IMG/VR virus record: IMGVR_UViG_3300049982_000333
Span: 1-54,478 of that record
Length of the DNA: 54,478 nt
Source of the DNA: a virus
Taxonomy: Duplodnaviria > Caudoviricetes
Strand: one strand, 5' to 3'
The notes under the pieces are model-generated. The model searched no databases, had not been told where the DNA came from, and was given only the letters and a program-made list of their open reading frames with translations. How positions within the stretch are numbered: position 1 is the stretch's first letter; each line of letters starts with the position of its first letter. Positions 1 to 9,105 of the stretch are shown here, piece by piece. The translations under genes and the position numbers were made by a program.

Positions 1-351
1 ATGATCCGCGACCGGCTCGTAGCCCCCCGCACTCCCGAAGCACGCGAGTACCTGCGCGCCGGCCGCGCGGTCCTCCCCGTGCAGCTCCAGGAGGAGGTTG
101 CCCGCGACTCCTGGCTCAGGGCCGAGCGGCGCTACGACGAGCTCGACGGCTTCCACGGGTCTGACGAGCGCCGGAAGCGGACGGCCAAGACGTACGACGA
201 GCGACGCCACGAGCTGACCATCGCCCGGCGCGCCGAGCGGCGCGCGAAGACCGCCGCCGAGCAGGCCGACCCGGCCTCGGCCGCCTCCGTCGAAGGCGAG
301 CTGCTGGCGGTGTGGTGCGACTACCACGACCGCCGGAACGAGCGCGGCTGA
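1..351 (+). CDS. Hypothetical protein
   Basis: ORF with GC3-rich codons, followed by a perfect hairpin. Confidence 0.6.
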   Translation: MIRDRLVAPRTPEAREYLRAGRAVLPVQLQEEVARDSWLRAERRYDELDGFHGSDERRKRTAKTYDERRHELTIARRAERRAKTAAEQADPASAASVEGELLAVWCDYHDRRNERG

Positions 352-359
352 GCCGCGCA

Positions 360-386
360 GGCCGGCCCCGGCGACCGGGGCCGGCC
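360..386. terminator. Perfect GC-rich intergenic hairpin (terminator or mRNA-stabilising stem)
   Basis: GGCCGGCCCCGG-CGA-CCGGGGCCGGCC; no U-tract. Confidence 0.5.
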
Positions 387-433
387 ACGCACCCGACCTC
401 CATCAACCCCGCGAATCCCCAGGAGTGATCACA

Positions 434-649
434 ATGGCGAACCCGCACGTCTGCTACCACGGCGGCGACTGGCAGTGCACCGACGGCAGCAGCCTCGGCG
501 TGATGAGCGCGACCGGGTGGCGCTACTTCGCCCACCAGCGCCGCTACTTCGACTACCTGATGGGCCGCAGGCCCAAGATGACCGCCGCCGAGGGTTACGC
601 CCAGTACGTCTACAACGCCAACCTGCGCGCCTGGACGCGCGGCGAGTAG
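434..649 (+). CDS. Small aromatic-rich hypothetical protein
   Basis: AGGAG RBS at 421, ATG 434, good codon bias. Confidence 0.75.
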   Translation: MANPHVCYHGGDWQCTDGSSLGVMSATGWRYFAHQRRYFDYLMGRRPKMTAAEGYAQYVYNANLRAWTRGE

Positions 650-754
650 CGCGCTGAGGCCGCCGCTCTTCCTGCAGTAGAGGCAACGCAGGGCGGGCGG
701 TTCCCCCGCGGCCGCCCGCCCGGCGCCGACCCACGACACGAAGGAGGCAAGACC

Positions 755-1255
755 GTGACCACCAGCGAGTGGAACACCTGGGACACATGCCCCGACCCGG
801 GGCCCGGCATGTCCGGCACCTGCCGGGTCGCCGTCCGGTACCGGCACGTCGAGAAGGACGAACCCGTCGAGCCCACCGTCGCCAACCCCGACTACCACCT
901 GCGGTACCGGTCGCAATGCGCCGGCTGCGGTCACCTGGGGCCGCAGCGCTCGAGCGAGAACGAGGCGGCCGAGGACGGCTGCGACCACGCCTACCCGGGA
1001 TGGCGGGACATGCCCGTCTTGGACCACCGGCCGTACGAGGGCAAGCCGCTCGCCCAATGGGAGAAAGCGGCCCGCGCCGTCTACCCGGCCGGGTGGCTGG
1101 AGCGGCAGGGCCCCGTCCGGGAGTACCGCACGCCAGGTGGGACCCGCCACGTGCCCGGCTACGCGCCCGGCGGCGGCTACTGCATGGCCGTCCTCCGCGC
1201 CGCCACCAGCACCACAGCCAAGCCCGTTGCCGTGCAGGAATCCCTGTTCGGCTGA
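755..1255 (+). CDS. DUF6349-like protein, paralog 1
   Basis: CxxC...EDGCDHAYPGWRDMP...RHVPGYAPGGGY motif; GAAGGAGG RBS. Confidence 0.7.
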   Translation: MTTSEWNTWDTCPDPGPGMSGTCRVAVRYRHVEKDEPVEPTVANPDYHLRYRSQCAGCGHLGPQRSSENEAAEDGCDHAYPGWRDMPVLDHRPYEGKPLAQWEKAARAVYPAGWLERQGPVREYRTPGGTRHVPGYAPGGGYCMAVLRAATSTTAKPVAVQESLFG

Positions 1256-1272
1256 CCAGCGAAAGGAACGCC

Positions 1273-1551
1273 ATGACCTCCGACCAGCCAATGAGCGCGA
1301 CCATGAAGGTGCGCGTCCGTGACCACTCGGGCGAGGCCCCCTGGGGTGTCGGGCCGACGAACCCGGTCGTCCGGACGGTCGAGATCTCCACCTCGTGCCC
1401 CCGCTGCGGCGGCAAGCGCGGAGAGCCTCGCAACCTGAACCAGTCCGAGGACGGGGCGCACTACTCGGTCGACGTGTGGACCAACCCGTGTGGCCACGTC
1501 GACATGCACGCGGACGTCGTCAAGGAGGCCGCCGAGCGAGGTGCCCGATGA
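1273..1551 (+). CDS. Small zinc-finger hypothetical protein
   Basis: GAAAGGA RBS; CPRCGG...NPCGH; ATGA overlap with next gene. Confidence 0.7.
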   Translation: MTSDQPMSATMKVRVRDHSGEAPWGVGPTNPVVRTVEISTSCPRCGGKRGEPRNLNQSEDGAHYSVDVWTNPCGHVDMHADVVKEAAERGAR

Positions 1552-2009
1552 TCCCGGCCGAGTCCTGCCGCGCCCGTTTCGTCTCCTGGATCCGCCGGGA
1601 CGGCGAGACCGACCCGCCTACCGTTCGCAACCCCGCGCACCGCATCCGGCTCCAGTCGCGGTGCCCCGGGTGCGGCCACCAGGGGCCGATCCGCTCCGAC
1701 GAAAACGAAGCTATCGAGGACGCCTGCGACCACGCCCACCCCGGCTGGCGCACCATGCCGCTCCTGGAGCCCTACCCGTACGAGCTCACCAAACGGCCCC
1801 GCTGGGAGGCGGCCGCACGCGCCGCCTACCCGCCCGGGTGGTTCGAACGCGAGGGGCCCGTCCGCGAGCAGCGCGGGCCGATCGGCGGCCGGCACGTGCT
1901 CGGCAAGGCACCCGGCGGCGGCTACGCGATGGGCGTCCTCGGCACCCGACCCGACCCCAAGCACGTCGAGGCCACGCAGGAATCCCTGTTCGGCGGACCC
2001 GCGAAATGA
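1548..2009 (+). CDS. DUF6349-like protein, paralog 2
   Basis: CPGCGH...EDACDHAHPGWRTMP...RHVLGKAPGGGY; clearly homologous to 755-1255. Confidence 0.7.
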   Translation: MIPAESCRARFVSWIRRDGETDPPTVRNPAHRIRLQSRCPGCGHQGPIRSDENEAIEDACDHAHPGWRTMPLLEPYPYELTKRPRWEAAARAAYPPGWFEREGPVREQRGPIGGRHVLGKAPGGGYAMGVLGTRPDPKHVEATQESLFGGPAK

Positions 2010-2026
2010 GAAGGAGGCGGTGGCCG

Positions 2027-2605
2027 ATGCCACGCGCTCAGGAAGAGTTCACGATCGAAGAGCACGCCCGAAACATCATCGACCTCGGGCACAACCTCGC
2101 GTTCTACGCCCTCATGGAGGCAGTGGAGATCACCGTCGAAGCGGAGGCCGCTGCAGCCCGCGAGGTAGAAGGCATGAAGAGCCTGCTGGCCAAGCTGGTC
2201 CAGAGGTTCGCCTACCACGGCGGGGGGCGGCATGGCGTCGACCCTGACGGCAGCAAGTCGGCCGCCGTGGTGGATCTGCTGCTGGACTCCGCGGCCGCGC
2301 GGATATGGGAGCAGCACGTGACGAATCTCAGTGGCATCGCCGCGCTTCTCGACCCTGGCACCGCTCCGGGCGGTGTGTTGGCGCACGTCCGCGTGTACGA
2401 CGACGACGCGTACGTCCAGAGCGTCGTCTGCCTGGTCCGGCCGGCCGATTGGAAGCTGCTTTTCGTCGACCCGGACGGGAAGTGCACCGGCAGCACGGTC
2501 GGCGGCAGCCGCCCGGCACACGAAGCGCTCACGGAGCACGTGCATCAGGTCTTCGGCCGGTCCGGCCGGATCGGCGAGGTCTTCGTCGAAGGGGTAGGCC
2601 AGTGA
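2027..2605 (+). CDS. Hypothetical protein
   Basis: AAGGAGG RBS at 2011, ATG 2027, GTGA overlap with downstream MTase. Confidence 0.7.
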   Translation: MPRAQEEFTIEEHARNIIDLGHNLAFYALMEAVEITVEAEAAAAREVEGMKSLLAKLVQRFAYHGGGRHGVDPDGSKSAAVVDLLLDSAAARIWEQHVTNLSGIAALLDPGTAPGGVLAHVRVYDDDAYVQSVVCLVRPADWKLLFVDPDGKCTGSTVGGSRPAHEALTEHVHQVFGRSGRIGEVFVEGVGQ

Positions 2606-3435
2606 AGATCCCGCCCGAGGTCCTGGAGGTCCTCACCGACCCGCGGACCGTCATCGCCGGCGACCGCGTGCACATCCCGTTCGAGCTGGGCAAGCCGCTG
2701 TACGAGCGGCTGAAGCGAATTTTCGGCGAGATGGGCGGCAAGTGGGACGGACGCAAGGCGGTCCGCGCGCATGTCTTCCCGCGCGGCATCGAGTCGTTCA
2801 TGTTCGATGCGATCACCGCGGGGGAGTTCCCGTCGCGGTTCGACACGGGGTGGTACGCCACGCCGCCCGCCGTGGTGGAGGAGCTCCTGGCCCACGCTGG
2901 CATCAGCGAGAAGTACCCGGGCAAGACGACGTTGGAGCCATCCGCGGGTATCGGATCGATCGCCGGGCCGGCTGCCGCGCGAGGCGCCGTCGTCGACGTC
3001 GTCGAGCTCGACGAGCACCGCGCGTCGGTGCTGGCCGGGCATGGCCTTTACCGGCGAGTGGTGCACGGCGATTTCCTGGAGGTCGACCCGCTGTCCTATG
3101 AGGTCGGTTTCCAGCGGGTGGTGATGAATCCGCCGTTCGCCGAGGGTCTGCGGCACGTCAACCACGCGCTGGGGTTCCTGGGGGATGACGGGGTGCTGGT
3201 GTCGGTGCTGTCCGAGGGCGTGACGTGGCACACCGACCGGGCCACCGTGGAGTTCCGCAGGATCGTCGACGAGGCCGGCGGCGCGATCGTGCGCCTCCCG
3301 GACGGGTCGTTCCGCGCGTCGGGAACCGATATCAAGTCCGTCCTCGTGGTCGTCCCGACGATGCCCGGGCACACGGTCCGGAACCACAGCTGGCACCTGC
3401 GCCGGCCGAAGCAGCTCGACCTGTTCGCTGCCTGA
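2602..3435 (+). CDS. SAM-dependent amino (N6-adenine-type) DNA methyltransferase
   Basis: Motif X (WYATPPAVV), motif I (LEPSAGIG), motif IV (VVMNPPF), LPDGSF; ends QLDLFAA. Confidence 0.85.
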   Translation: MKIPPEVLEVLTDPRTVIAGDRVHIPFELGKPLYERLKRIFGEMGGKWDGRKAVRAHVFPRGIESFMFDAITAGEFPSRFDTGWYATPPAVVEELLAHAGISEKYPGKTTLEPSAGIGSIAGPAAARGAVVDVVELDEHRASVLAGHGLYRRVVHGDFLEVDPLSYEVGFQRVVMNPPFAEGLRHVNHALGFLGDDGVLVSVLSEGVTWHTDRATVEFRRIVDEAGGAIVRLPDGSFRASGTDIKSVLVVVPTMPGHTVRNHSWHLRRPKQLDLFAA

Positions 3436-3475
3436 CTGCGGCGCTCTGGTCTGCACAACGAAGGAGAGGAACCTC

Positions 3476-3697
3476 ATGAGCAAGCAAGGCGTCACGACCA
3501 ACCTCGCCGTGTCGGTGTACTACGACGACACGCAGACGACGCAAGAGGAAGCCATCGCGGAGATGCACCGGGCGCTCGCCGAGGCCGATAAGGCGGGCCA
3601 CTTCGAGCGGCGCCTGGTCGAGATCGCGTTCGGGGAGGACCACGACCCGGAACCGTTCACGCCCGCAGATGCCAGCGACGGGGACGAGCGGCGGTGA
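3476..3697 (+). CDS. Small acidic hypothetical protein
   Basis: AAGGAGAGGA RBS; ORF. Confidence 0.65.
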   Translation: MSKQGVTTNLAVSVYYDDTQTTQEEAIAEMHRALAEADKAGHFERRLVEIAFGEDHDPEPFTPADASDGDERR

Positions 3698-3732
3698 CCT
3701 GCGAAAACGTGCGATTCCTGGCCCGTAACATC

Positions 3733-3778
3733 TGGCATGCGCATGACCAGATCGCTATGATGAAGATATAAGAAAAAG
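3733..3778 (+). promoter_or_regulatory. Repeated early promoter, copy 1
   Basis: TGGCAT-N17-TATGAT; 25-mer GCTATGATGAAGATATAAGAAAAAG identical to 11766-11790. Confidence 0.75.
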
Positions 3779-3800
3779 TCCCACAATGAAAGAAGGAGCC

Positions 3801-4550
3801 ATGACCGCCTACACCGAGGAGCTCGCCACCTGGCACGCGATCGCCGCCCAAATCGAGGCCGAGAACGGCCCCCTCCCGGGCAGCTACCGCGCCGAGCAGG
3901 CCGAGGCGGAAGCCGCCCGCCAGGCCGAGGCCGACGCGCTCGACGACAAGGCGCACGCCCAGGGGTGGGGCATCAAGGACCCCGCCCGCGCCGAGGCCGC
4001 CCGGCTGCGCGCCGAGTCCCGCGCCGCCGAGCTCCGCGCCGAGGCCGCCGACCACGACCTCAAGGCCCATGAGTCGCGCGAGCGGTGCGACACCGACGGC
4101 TTCATCTCCCAGTGGGCCGACGGCCTCATGGCCGCCGAGAAGCGCCTGCAGGCCGACATCGAGGAGGCCGGCGGCCGCGCCCTGTTCCCCGCCCTGTTCG
4201 ACCTCGCCGGCAACCTGGTCCCCGCCAAGCAGATGCAGGGCCAGTGGGGCACCTACTGGGCCGTGCTCGACGACAACGGCCGGATCACCGGCACCTGGTT
4301 CACCCCGTCCAAGTCGAGCAACGCGCGCCGCGCCCGGGCCGCCGACGCCGCCAAGGGCTACTACGTCGGGTACGTGATGGCGGCCGCGAAGGCGGAGATC
4401 CGCGGCGGCAACGCGACCTCCTGCAGCGCGGTGGCCGTGCGCACCGACGGCGGCTACTCCACCGACGTCGAGATCGTCGACGACGGCCAGCACGACGAGT
4501 TCGGCGAGACCCTCGGCCGCCACTACGCCATCTGGGGCGGCCTGATCTGA
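3801..4550 (+). CDS. Hypothetical protein
   Basis: GAAGGAG RBS, ATG 3801, strong codon bias, first gene after the promoter. Confidence 0.8.
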   Translation: MTAYTEELATWHAIAAQIEAENGPLPGSYRAEQAEAEAARQAEADALDDKAHAQGWGIKDPARAEAARLRAESRAAELRAEAADHDLKAHESRERCDTDGFISQWADGLMAAEKRLQADIEEAGGRALFPALFDLAGNLVPAKQMQGQWGTYWAVLDDNGRITGTWFTPSKSSNARRARAADAAKGYYVGYVMAAAKAEIRGGNATSCSAVAVRTDGGYSTDVEIVDDGQHDEFGETLGRHYAIWGGLI

Positions 4551-4561
4551 CCTCTACCCGC

Positions 4562-4607
4562 ACCCCCGGGGCGCCCGCCCCGGGGGTCTCCAACCGCTAC
4601 AGGAAGG
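4562..4607 (+). repeat. Hairpin plus AACCGCTACAGGAAGG start-associated repeat, copy 1
   Basis: 16-mer at 4592-4607 is identical to 4918-4933; preceded by stem ACCCCCGGGGC/GCCCCGGGGGT. Confidence 0.7.
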
Positions 4608-4612
4608 CCCCC

Positions 4613-4882
4613 GTGTCTGACCTCCCGCGCCCCCTCGGCCCCGTCCGCGCCGCCGTCGCCCGGCTGCTCGCCGAAGCCCTGGCCGCCGTTCACGGCGAAC
4701 GATCCCGCAACGCCACGGCTCTTCACCTCATGCCACCCAGCCTCGTCACCGCTGCGGTGTCCACCGCCGGCGAGCTGTGGATCTACCTCGGCCGTGAGGA
4801 TCCCGAGGACATGCTCTCCGGGCTGCAGCTGCGCGCCCTCAACGCCGCCGCTGACGTGTTCCACCCGAGCGACGACGACTAA
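4613..4882 (+). CDS. Hypothetical protein
   Basis: GTG start after AGGAAGG RBS. Confidence 0.6.
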   Translation: MSDLPRPLGPVRAAVARLLAEALAAVHGERSRNATALHLMPPSLVTAAVSTAGELWIYLGREDPEDMLSGLQLRALNAAADVFHPSDDD

Positions 4883-4933
4883 CCCCGCCCCCACGCCACA
4901 GGGGCTGGGGGCTCACTAACCGCTACAGGAAGG
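4883..4933 (+). repeat. Hairpin plus AACCGCTACAGGAAGG start-associated repeat, copy 2
   Basis: Identical 16-mer at 4918-4933 preceded by an imperfect GC stem. Confidence 0.7.
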
Positions 4934-4941
4934 ACCAGCAC

Positions 4942-6120
4942 GTGATCCGCATCGTGCACACCCGGGCCGAAGGCACGCTGATCGAAGGTTCCCGCAAGGG
5001 CGACGGCGTATGGGAGATCGTCCGAACCCGCGGGTTCCACTGGTCGCGCAACGTCGGCCTCTACATCCGGAACTCCCAGGACAAGGCCGCGGACCGGTGG
5101 ACGATCGACCGGGCGGTGCAGGCACTGCGCGACGCCGGGTTCGAGGTCCAGGTGGAGATCGACGACGTGACCCCGGGCCGGTCGTTCGCCGAGGCCGAGG
5201 CCGACCGCGTCGACCGCGCGGAGGACCGGGCCGACCGGTTCGGCGAGCGCGCCGACCGCAACGCCGCCTCCGGCGACGCCCGGTGGGAGGCGACCCGCGA
5301 GCGCATGTCGCACCTGCCGGCCGGGCAGCCGATCCTCGTCGGTCACCACAGCGAGGGCAAGCACCGCCGCCAGCTCGAATGGGCGGACAACCAGGACCGC
5401 AAGGCCATCGGCGAGCTGAAGAAGGGAGAGTACTGGGCAGGCCGGGCGGCCGCCGCCGAGAACTACCAGCGGCACCGGGAGGACCCGGGCACCACGCGCA
5501 GGCGCATCGAGAAGCTGCAGGCCGACCGGCGCCGCATCGCCAGTGTCCTTGAAGACGGCTGGAAGGAGACGGTCGACCCCGACGAGGAGGCCCCCGAGGG
5601 GGCCAAGGTGCTGCACGCCTGGGACGACGGCTACCGCATGTGCCAGGTGTGGCCGACCGGCGACCACAAGGCCTCCCGCGAGGCCGATCTCGCCCAGCTC
5701 GACGACCAGATCGGCTACTGGCAGCAGGTGCTCGCCAAGGCCGAGCAGCGCGGCGTGAAGCTGTGGAGCAAGGCCGACTTCGGCAAGGGCGATTTCGTGA
5801 TCTACCGCGGGACTGCGGTCGAGGTGATGCGGGTCAACGCCAAGTCGCTGACCGTCCCGTGGGGGCACTACTGGGCGGGGTCGGGGCTGCCGGTGGTGAC
5901 GGTCGAGTACGCCAAGGACGCGCACCGCCCGGGTGGCCGCATCTACACCGACACGCTGCCGTACGACAAGGTGCAGGGCCGCCTCAGCAGGGACGAAGCC
6001 ACAGCGCCCGGTCTCTCCCGGCCGCAGGTCCGCGAGCTCATCGCCAAGAGGGTTCGCGAAGCGCGGGGCGAGCAGCCGGAGCCGGCTGCGGAGGAGGCGC
6101 CGGCGGCAGAGCAGTCCTGA
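4942..6120 (+). CDS. DUF3560 domain-containing protein
   Basis: Signature GQPILVGHHSEGKHRR and RRRIEKLQADRRR. Confidence 0.85.
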   Translation: MIRIVHTRAEGTLIEGSRKGDGVWEIVRTRGFHWSRNVGLYIRNSQDKAADRWTIDRAVQALRDAGFEVQVEIDDVTPGRSFAEAEADRVDRAEDRADRFGERADRNAASGDARWEATRERMSHLPAGQPILVGHHSEGKHRRQLEWADNQDRKAIGELKKGEYWAGRAAAAENYQRHREDPGTTRRRIEKLQADRRRIASVLEDGWKETVDPDEEAPEGAKVLHAWDDGYRMCQVWPTGDHKASREADLAQLDDQIGYWQQVLAKAEQRGVKLWSKADFGKGDFVIYRGTAVEVMRVNAKSLTVPWGHYWAGSGLPVVTVEYAKDAHRPGGRIYTDTLPYDKVQGRLSRDEATAPGLSRPQVRELIAKRVREARGEQPEPAAEEAPAAEQS

Positions 6121-6170
6121 CAGCAGGAGGGGTGACGCGGGATTTGGCGTGGTCACCCCCGCCTCACGCA

Positions 6171-6208
6171 TGGTTATCAAAGGCATACGACGATATGATG
6201 GAGATATG
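6171..6208 (+). promoter_or_regulatory. Repeated early promoter, copy 2 (degenerate, leaderless)
   Basis: TGGTTA-N17-TATGAT-GGAGAT-ATG; start codon sits at the expected +1. Confidence 0.6.
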
Positions 6209-6646
6209 AATCTAGCTACGTGCACGTACCAGGAAGTCACGCCGGACATGGGCATCCCGGTACGCACAACCGTCGGTGCACCGCGCTTCAAGCTCGCCTA
6301 CCAGCTCGCCGGCCACGCCAAGCTCATCACCCCCACCCGGCCGATGCTCGGCCTCCCCAGAGGCGCCTACGAGGTGTCCTACCGGGGTCTGTTGAACGCA
6401 GCCGGCGCCGAGCGGATCCACGCCGAACTTGCCGCGATCCACGCGGCCGCCGGGCGGCCCGCGGCGGCTCTCGTGCTGCTGTGCTTCGACCGGCTCGACA
6501 AGCCTGGCGAGTGGTGCCACCGGTCGATGTTCGCCGACTGGTGGCTAGAGCACACCGGCCAGGAAGTACCCGAGCTCGGCGCCACGCCTGGCGTGCCCGC
6601 CGCCGAGCCCGCTCCCAAGGTCAACCCGCCGTCAGCGCTGTTCTGA
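6206..6646 (+). CDS. DUF488-like protein
   Basis: LVLLCFD...WCHRSMFADWW motif. Confidence 0.7.
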   Translation: MNLATCTYQEVTPDMGIPVRTTVGAPRFKLAYQLAGHAKLITPTRPMLGLPRGAYEVSYRGLLNAAGAERIHAELAAIHAAAGRPAAALVLLCFDRLDKPGEWCHRSMFADWWLEHTGQEVPELGATPGVPAAEPAPKVNPPSALF

Positions 6647-6705
6647 CCGCGACCGAACCCGGGGCGGCGCCCCACGCGCCGCCCCCATCATTCGAGAGAG
6701 ACGTG

Positions 6706-7449
6706 ATGATCGACACCAGCCCCATTGAGCTGACCGACGAGCAGTGGACTGCGCTCCTGGCCGACTACGACGGCATGGACAGCTTCACGGTCAAGGACTT
6801 CGACGACGTGGAGCAGCTGCTCGTCCTGGCCCGGGAGAAGCTCGGCAACCTTCCCGAGGGCCACCCGCTCAGCTGCCCCGAGCTGCTGCACATGGCGCTG
6901 TGGGACACCAGCGACGCCAACAACTGGTCCCTCATGATGACCGTGGACCTGGCCGGCCTCCGGCTGGCAACCGACCACGTCAAGATCGGCCCCTTCCGGG
7001 ACGCCAACGAGACCCCCGGCGAGCCGGTCCTGCGTGCCGTCCTCGGCGAGCTCCTCGACCACCGCAACCGCCTGGTGCGCAAGCTCGCCCGGCACTTCAC
7101 CGCGACCGGCGTGGGCGCCACGTCCGACCCCGGCAACGGCACGGTGACCCTGGACATCGACACCGCGGCCGGGACCCTCCACATCGACCTCAGCGAGGAG
7201 TACGGCGAGGCCCTCGGCGGGCTCCTCTTGGACGACCCCGCCCACTCGGACGGCACCGGGCACGAGCTCGACATCGTCCTCGCGCATGAGCAGTTGCAGG
7301 AGTGGGCCGGGAGCCAACTCGACGCGAACGACATCTCGTGGTTGGACGACCAGATCCCGCACTCCAGCATCCCGGAGGCCATCAACACGATCTGCACCCA
7401 GCTCGACGACGAGGACCAGGAGGACGAGGACGAGCCGACGATCGACTGA
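6706..7449 (+). CDS. Acidic hypothetical protein
   Basis: Long ORF with GC3 bias and D/E-rich C-terminus. Confidence 0.7.
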   Translation: MIDTSPIELTDEQWTALLADYDGMDSFTVKDFDDVEQLLVLAREKLGNLPEGHPLSCPELLHMALWDTSDANNWSLMMTVDLAGLRLATDHVKIGPFRDANETPGEPVLRAVLGELLDHRNRLVRKLARHFTATGVGATSDPGNGTVTLDIDTAAGTLHIDLSEEYGEALGGLLLDDPAHSDGTGHELDIVLAHEQLQEWAGSQLDANDISWLDDQIPHSSIPEAINTICTQLDDEDQEDEDEPTID

Positions 7450-7534
7450 CCAGACCACCCCGGGGCTGGCGCCGCGCCGCCCCTGCCCCCGCCCGCAAGG
7501 CGGGGGCGCCGTCATCTCAGCAGAAGGAGTGAAG

Positions 7535-7996
7535 ATGCTCAGCGACCTCACCGCCCGATGCGTCACCTACGCGGTCGGCGTGCTTGCCACGCCTGGCCAG
7601 TTCCTCAGCATCCACATCAGCGCGGAAGGCCACATCGACGGGATCTGCGGCCACGACGCCCGCGTGTCCCGCGACTGGCTCCTCAGCATGATCGAGCCCG
7701 GCTGGCCTGGCTACGACCCCGCCATGGACTGGCGCAAGGGGAAAGCGGTGGACCCCGCCGGCACCTCGAAGTCGCCTCTCGCGGTGGGTGCCCGGGTGCG
7801 CCACGTCGGTCAGCAGTACCCGAAGGCCGTGTGGGAGGGCTCCGGGAACATCGCGCTTATCAAGGGCCCATACCTGGATGGTGCCTGGGAGTATCTGATC
7901 TACCACGACGCGGGTTTCGCAGGCACGGGGGAGCCTGGTGCTCCGTCGTGGTGGGCGTCGTACGCAACTGTCGACGTGGAAGAGCCGGCCTGGTGA
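7535..7996 (+). CDS. Hypothetical protein
   Basis: GAAGGAG RBS; GTGA overlap with next gene. Confidence 0.65.
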   Translation: MLSDLTARCVTYAVGVLATPGQFLSIHISAEGHIDGICGHDARVSRDWLLSMIEPGWPGYDPAMDWRKGKAVDPAGTSKSPLAVGARVRHVGQQYPKAVWEGSGNIALIKGPYLDGAWEYLIYHDAGFAGTGEPGAPSWWASYATVDVEEPAW

Positions 7997-8532
7997 GCGC
8001 GGCAGACGTCCAGGCAGCTTTCCTAGCCGCTCACCGAGACGAGCAGATCGGCATGTGGTGCATCTACATCGGGCACCCGGGCGGCGAGCTAGGCCGCCGC
8101 GATCCGGTCGCCTCGACTGCTCCTCTGCACCGCCCGACCGTGCTGCACCGGTCGGGCTGGGACTTCAGGAAGCAGCGGCGGGGGGCGTGCCTCGGCTGCG
8201 AATGGGAAGGCCCGGACTGGCGCTCGGAGCGAGACGCGGTCGAGGACGCGCACGATCACTGCTGGCCCGGCTGGCGGGATCTGCCGGCAGCGCGCCCGTC
8301 AGGGACGAACTACCAGCGGTGGTTGGAGGAGGTGAAGCGCGCCTACCCGGAGGCCTGGTTGGACGCCGGCGGTCCGATCGTCACCGTGCGAGCTGATTCC
8401 CGGTTCTCGCGGCATATGCCGGCTAAGGCGCCCGGCGGGGGTTACGACCTGGCTGCGACATACGCCGTCACGTACTACCGGCCGAAGAAGCGTGGGAGGC
8501 ACGCCCAGTCCGCGCTCGACCTGGAGATGTGA
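7993..8532 (+). CDS. DUF6349-like protein, paralog 3
   Basis: CLGCEW...EDAHDHCWPGWRDLP...RHMPAKAPGGGYD. Confidence 0.75.
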   Translation: MSAADVQAAFLAAHRDEQIGMWCIYIGHPGGELGRRDPVASTAPLHRPTVLHRSGWDFRKQRRGACLGCEWEGPDWRSERDAVEDAHDHCWPGWRDLPAARPSGTNYQRWLEEVKRAYPEAWLDAGGPIVTVRADSRFSRHMPAKAPGGGYDLAATYAVTYYRPKKRGRHAQSALDLEM

Positions 8533-8576
8533 TGTGCGTGCGGCGATATTTGTGCAGATCACAGCGCTAATCACTC

Positions 8577-8620
8577 TGTACATGCGCGTGGCCAGTTTGC
8601 TATGATAAAGATATAAGAAA
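8577..8620 (+). promoter_or_regulatory. Repeated early promoter, copy 3
   Basis: CAGTTTGCTATGATAAAGATATAAGAAA; 1 mismatch to the core of copies 1 and 4. Confidence 0.7.
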
Positions 8621-8653
8621 TTGAGCGTTACCCCCACCGAGAGGCGACCCCCC

Positions 8654-8788
8654 ATGAGCCACCCGTTCAGCATCGACGAGATCAACGCCCGCTACGCGGC
8701 CCTCATCGACGCGACCGACGACCCGGCCGAGATCGACCGCCTGGACGCCGAGCGCGTGGAGCTCATCGCGAACCACCCCGAGAGCTGA
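8654..8788 (+). CDS. 44-aa acidic small protein (MSHPFSIDEINARYAALIDATDDPAEIDRLDAERVELIANHPES)
   Basis: Read manually, not in the ORF track; GAGG RBS; first gene after promoter copy 3; followed by hairpin 8797-8821. Confidence 0.7.
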   Translation: MSHPFSIDEINARYAALIDATDDPAEIDRLDAERVELIANHPES

Positions 8789-8853
8789 GAACGCCAGGGC
8801 GGGGGCGAGAGGCCCCCGCCCCGCGGCCCCTCGACCGAACCAGGGAGACCCTC

Positions 8854-9093
8854 ATGCGCACCCTCTGGGACGACGCCCGCCCCACCGGCACGATCGCCGT
8901 CCGCTTGTCCGCCGAGGAGACCGAGACCCTCCTCGACATCGTGGCCCTGGCCCACGCCCGCGCGAGAGTCTCGGGCCACGTCGAGGACGCCGCCCACCTG
9001 GGCGCGGTCACGCGGAAGCTCGATTCCCTCGGCGTGTGCGCCGGCGGGGTCACCGTTTACGGCGCCGCTGTCCCGGCGCCCCTCACGCCCTGA
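8854..9093 (+). CDS. Hypothetical protein
   Basis: GGGAG RBS; ORF. Confidence 0.65.
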   Translation: MRTLWDDARPTGTIAVRLSAEETETLLDIVALAHARARVSGHVEDAAHLGAVTRKLDSLGVCAGGVTVYGAAVPAPLTP

Positions 9094-9105
9094 AGGAGTT
9101 TCCCG

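Noticed and set aside
2602-3435. Restriction-modification system
   Set aside because: No adjacent endonuclease or specificity subunit recognised; treated as an orphan MTase
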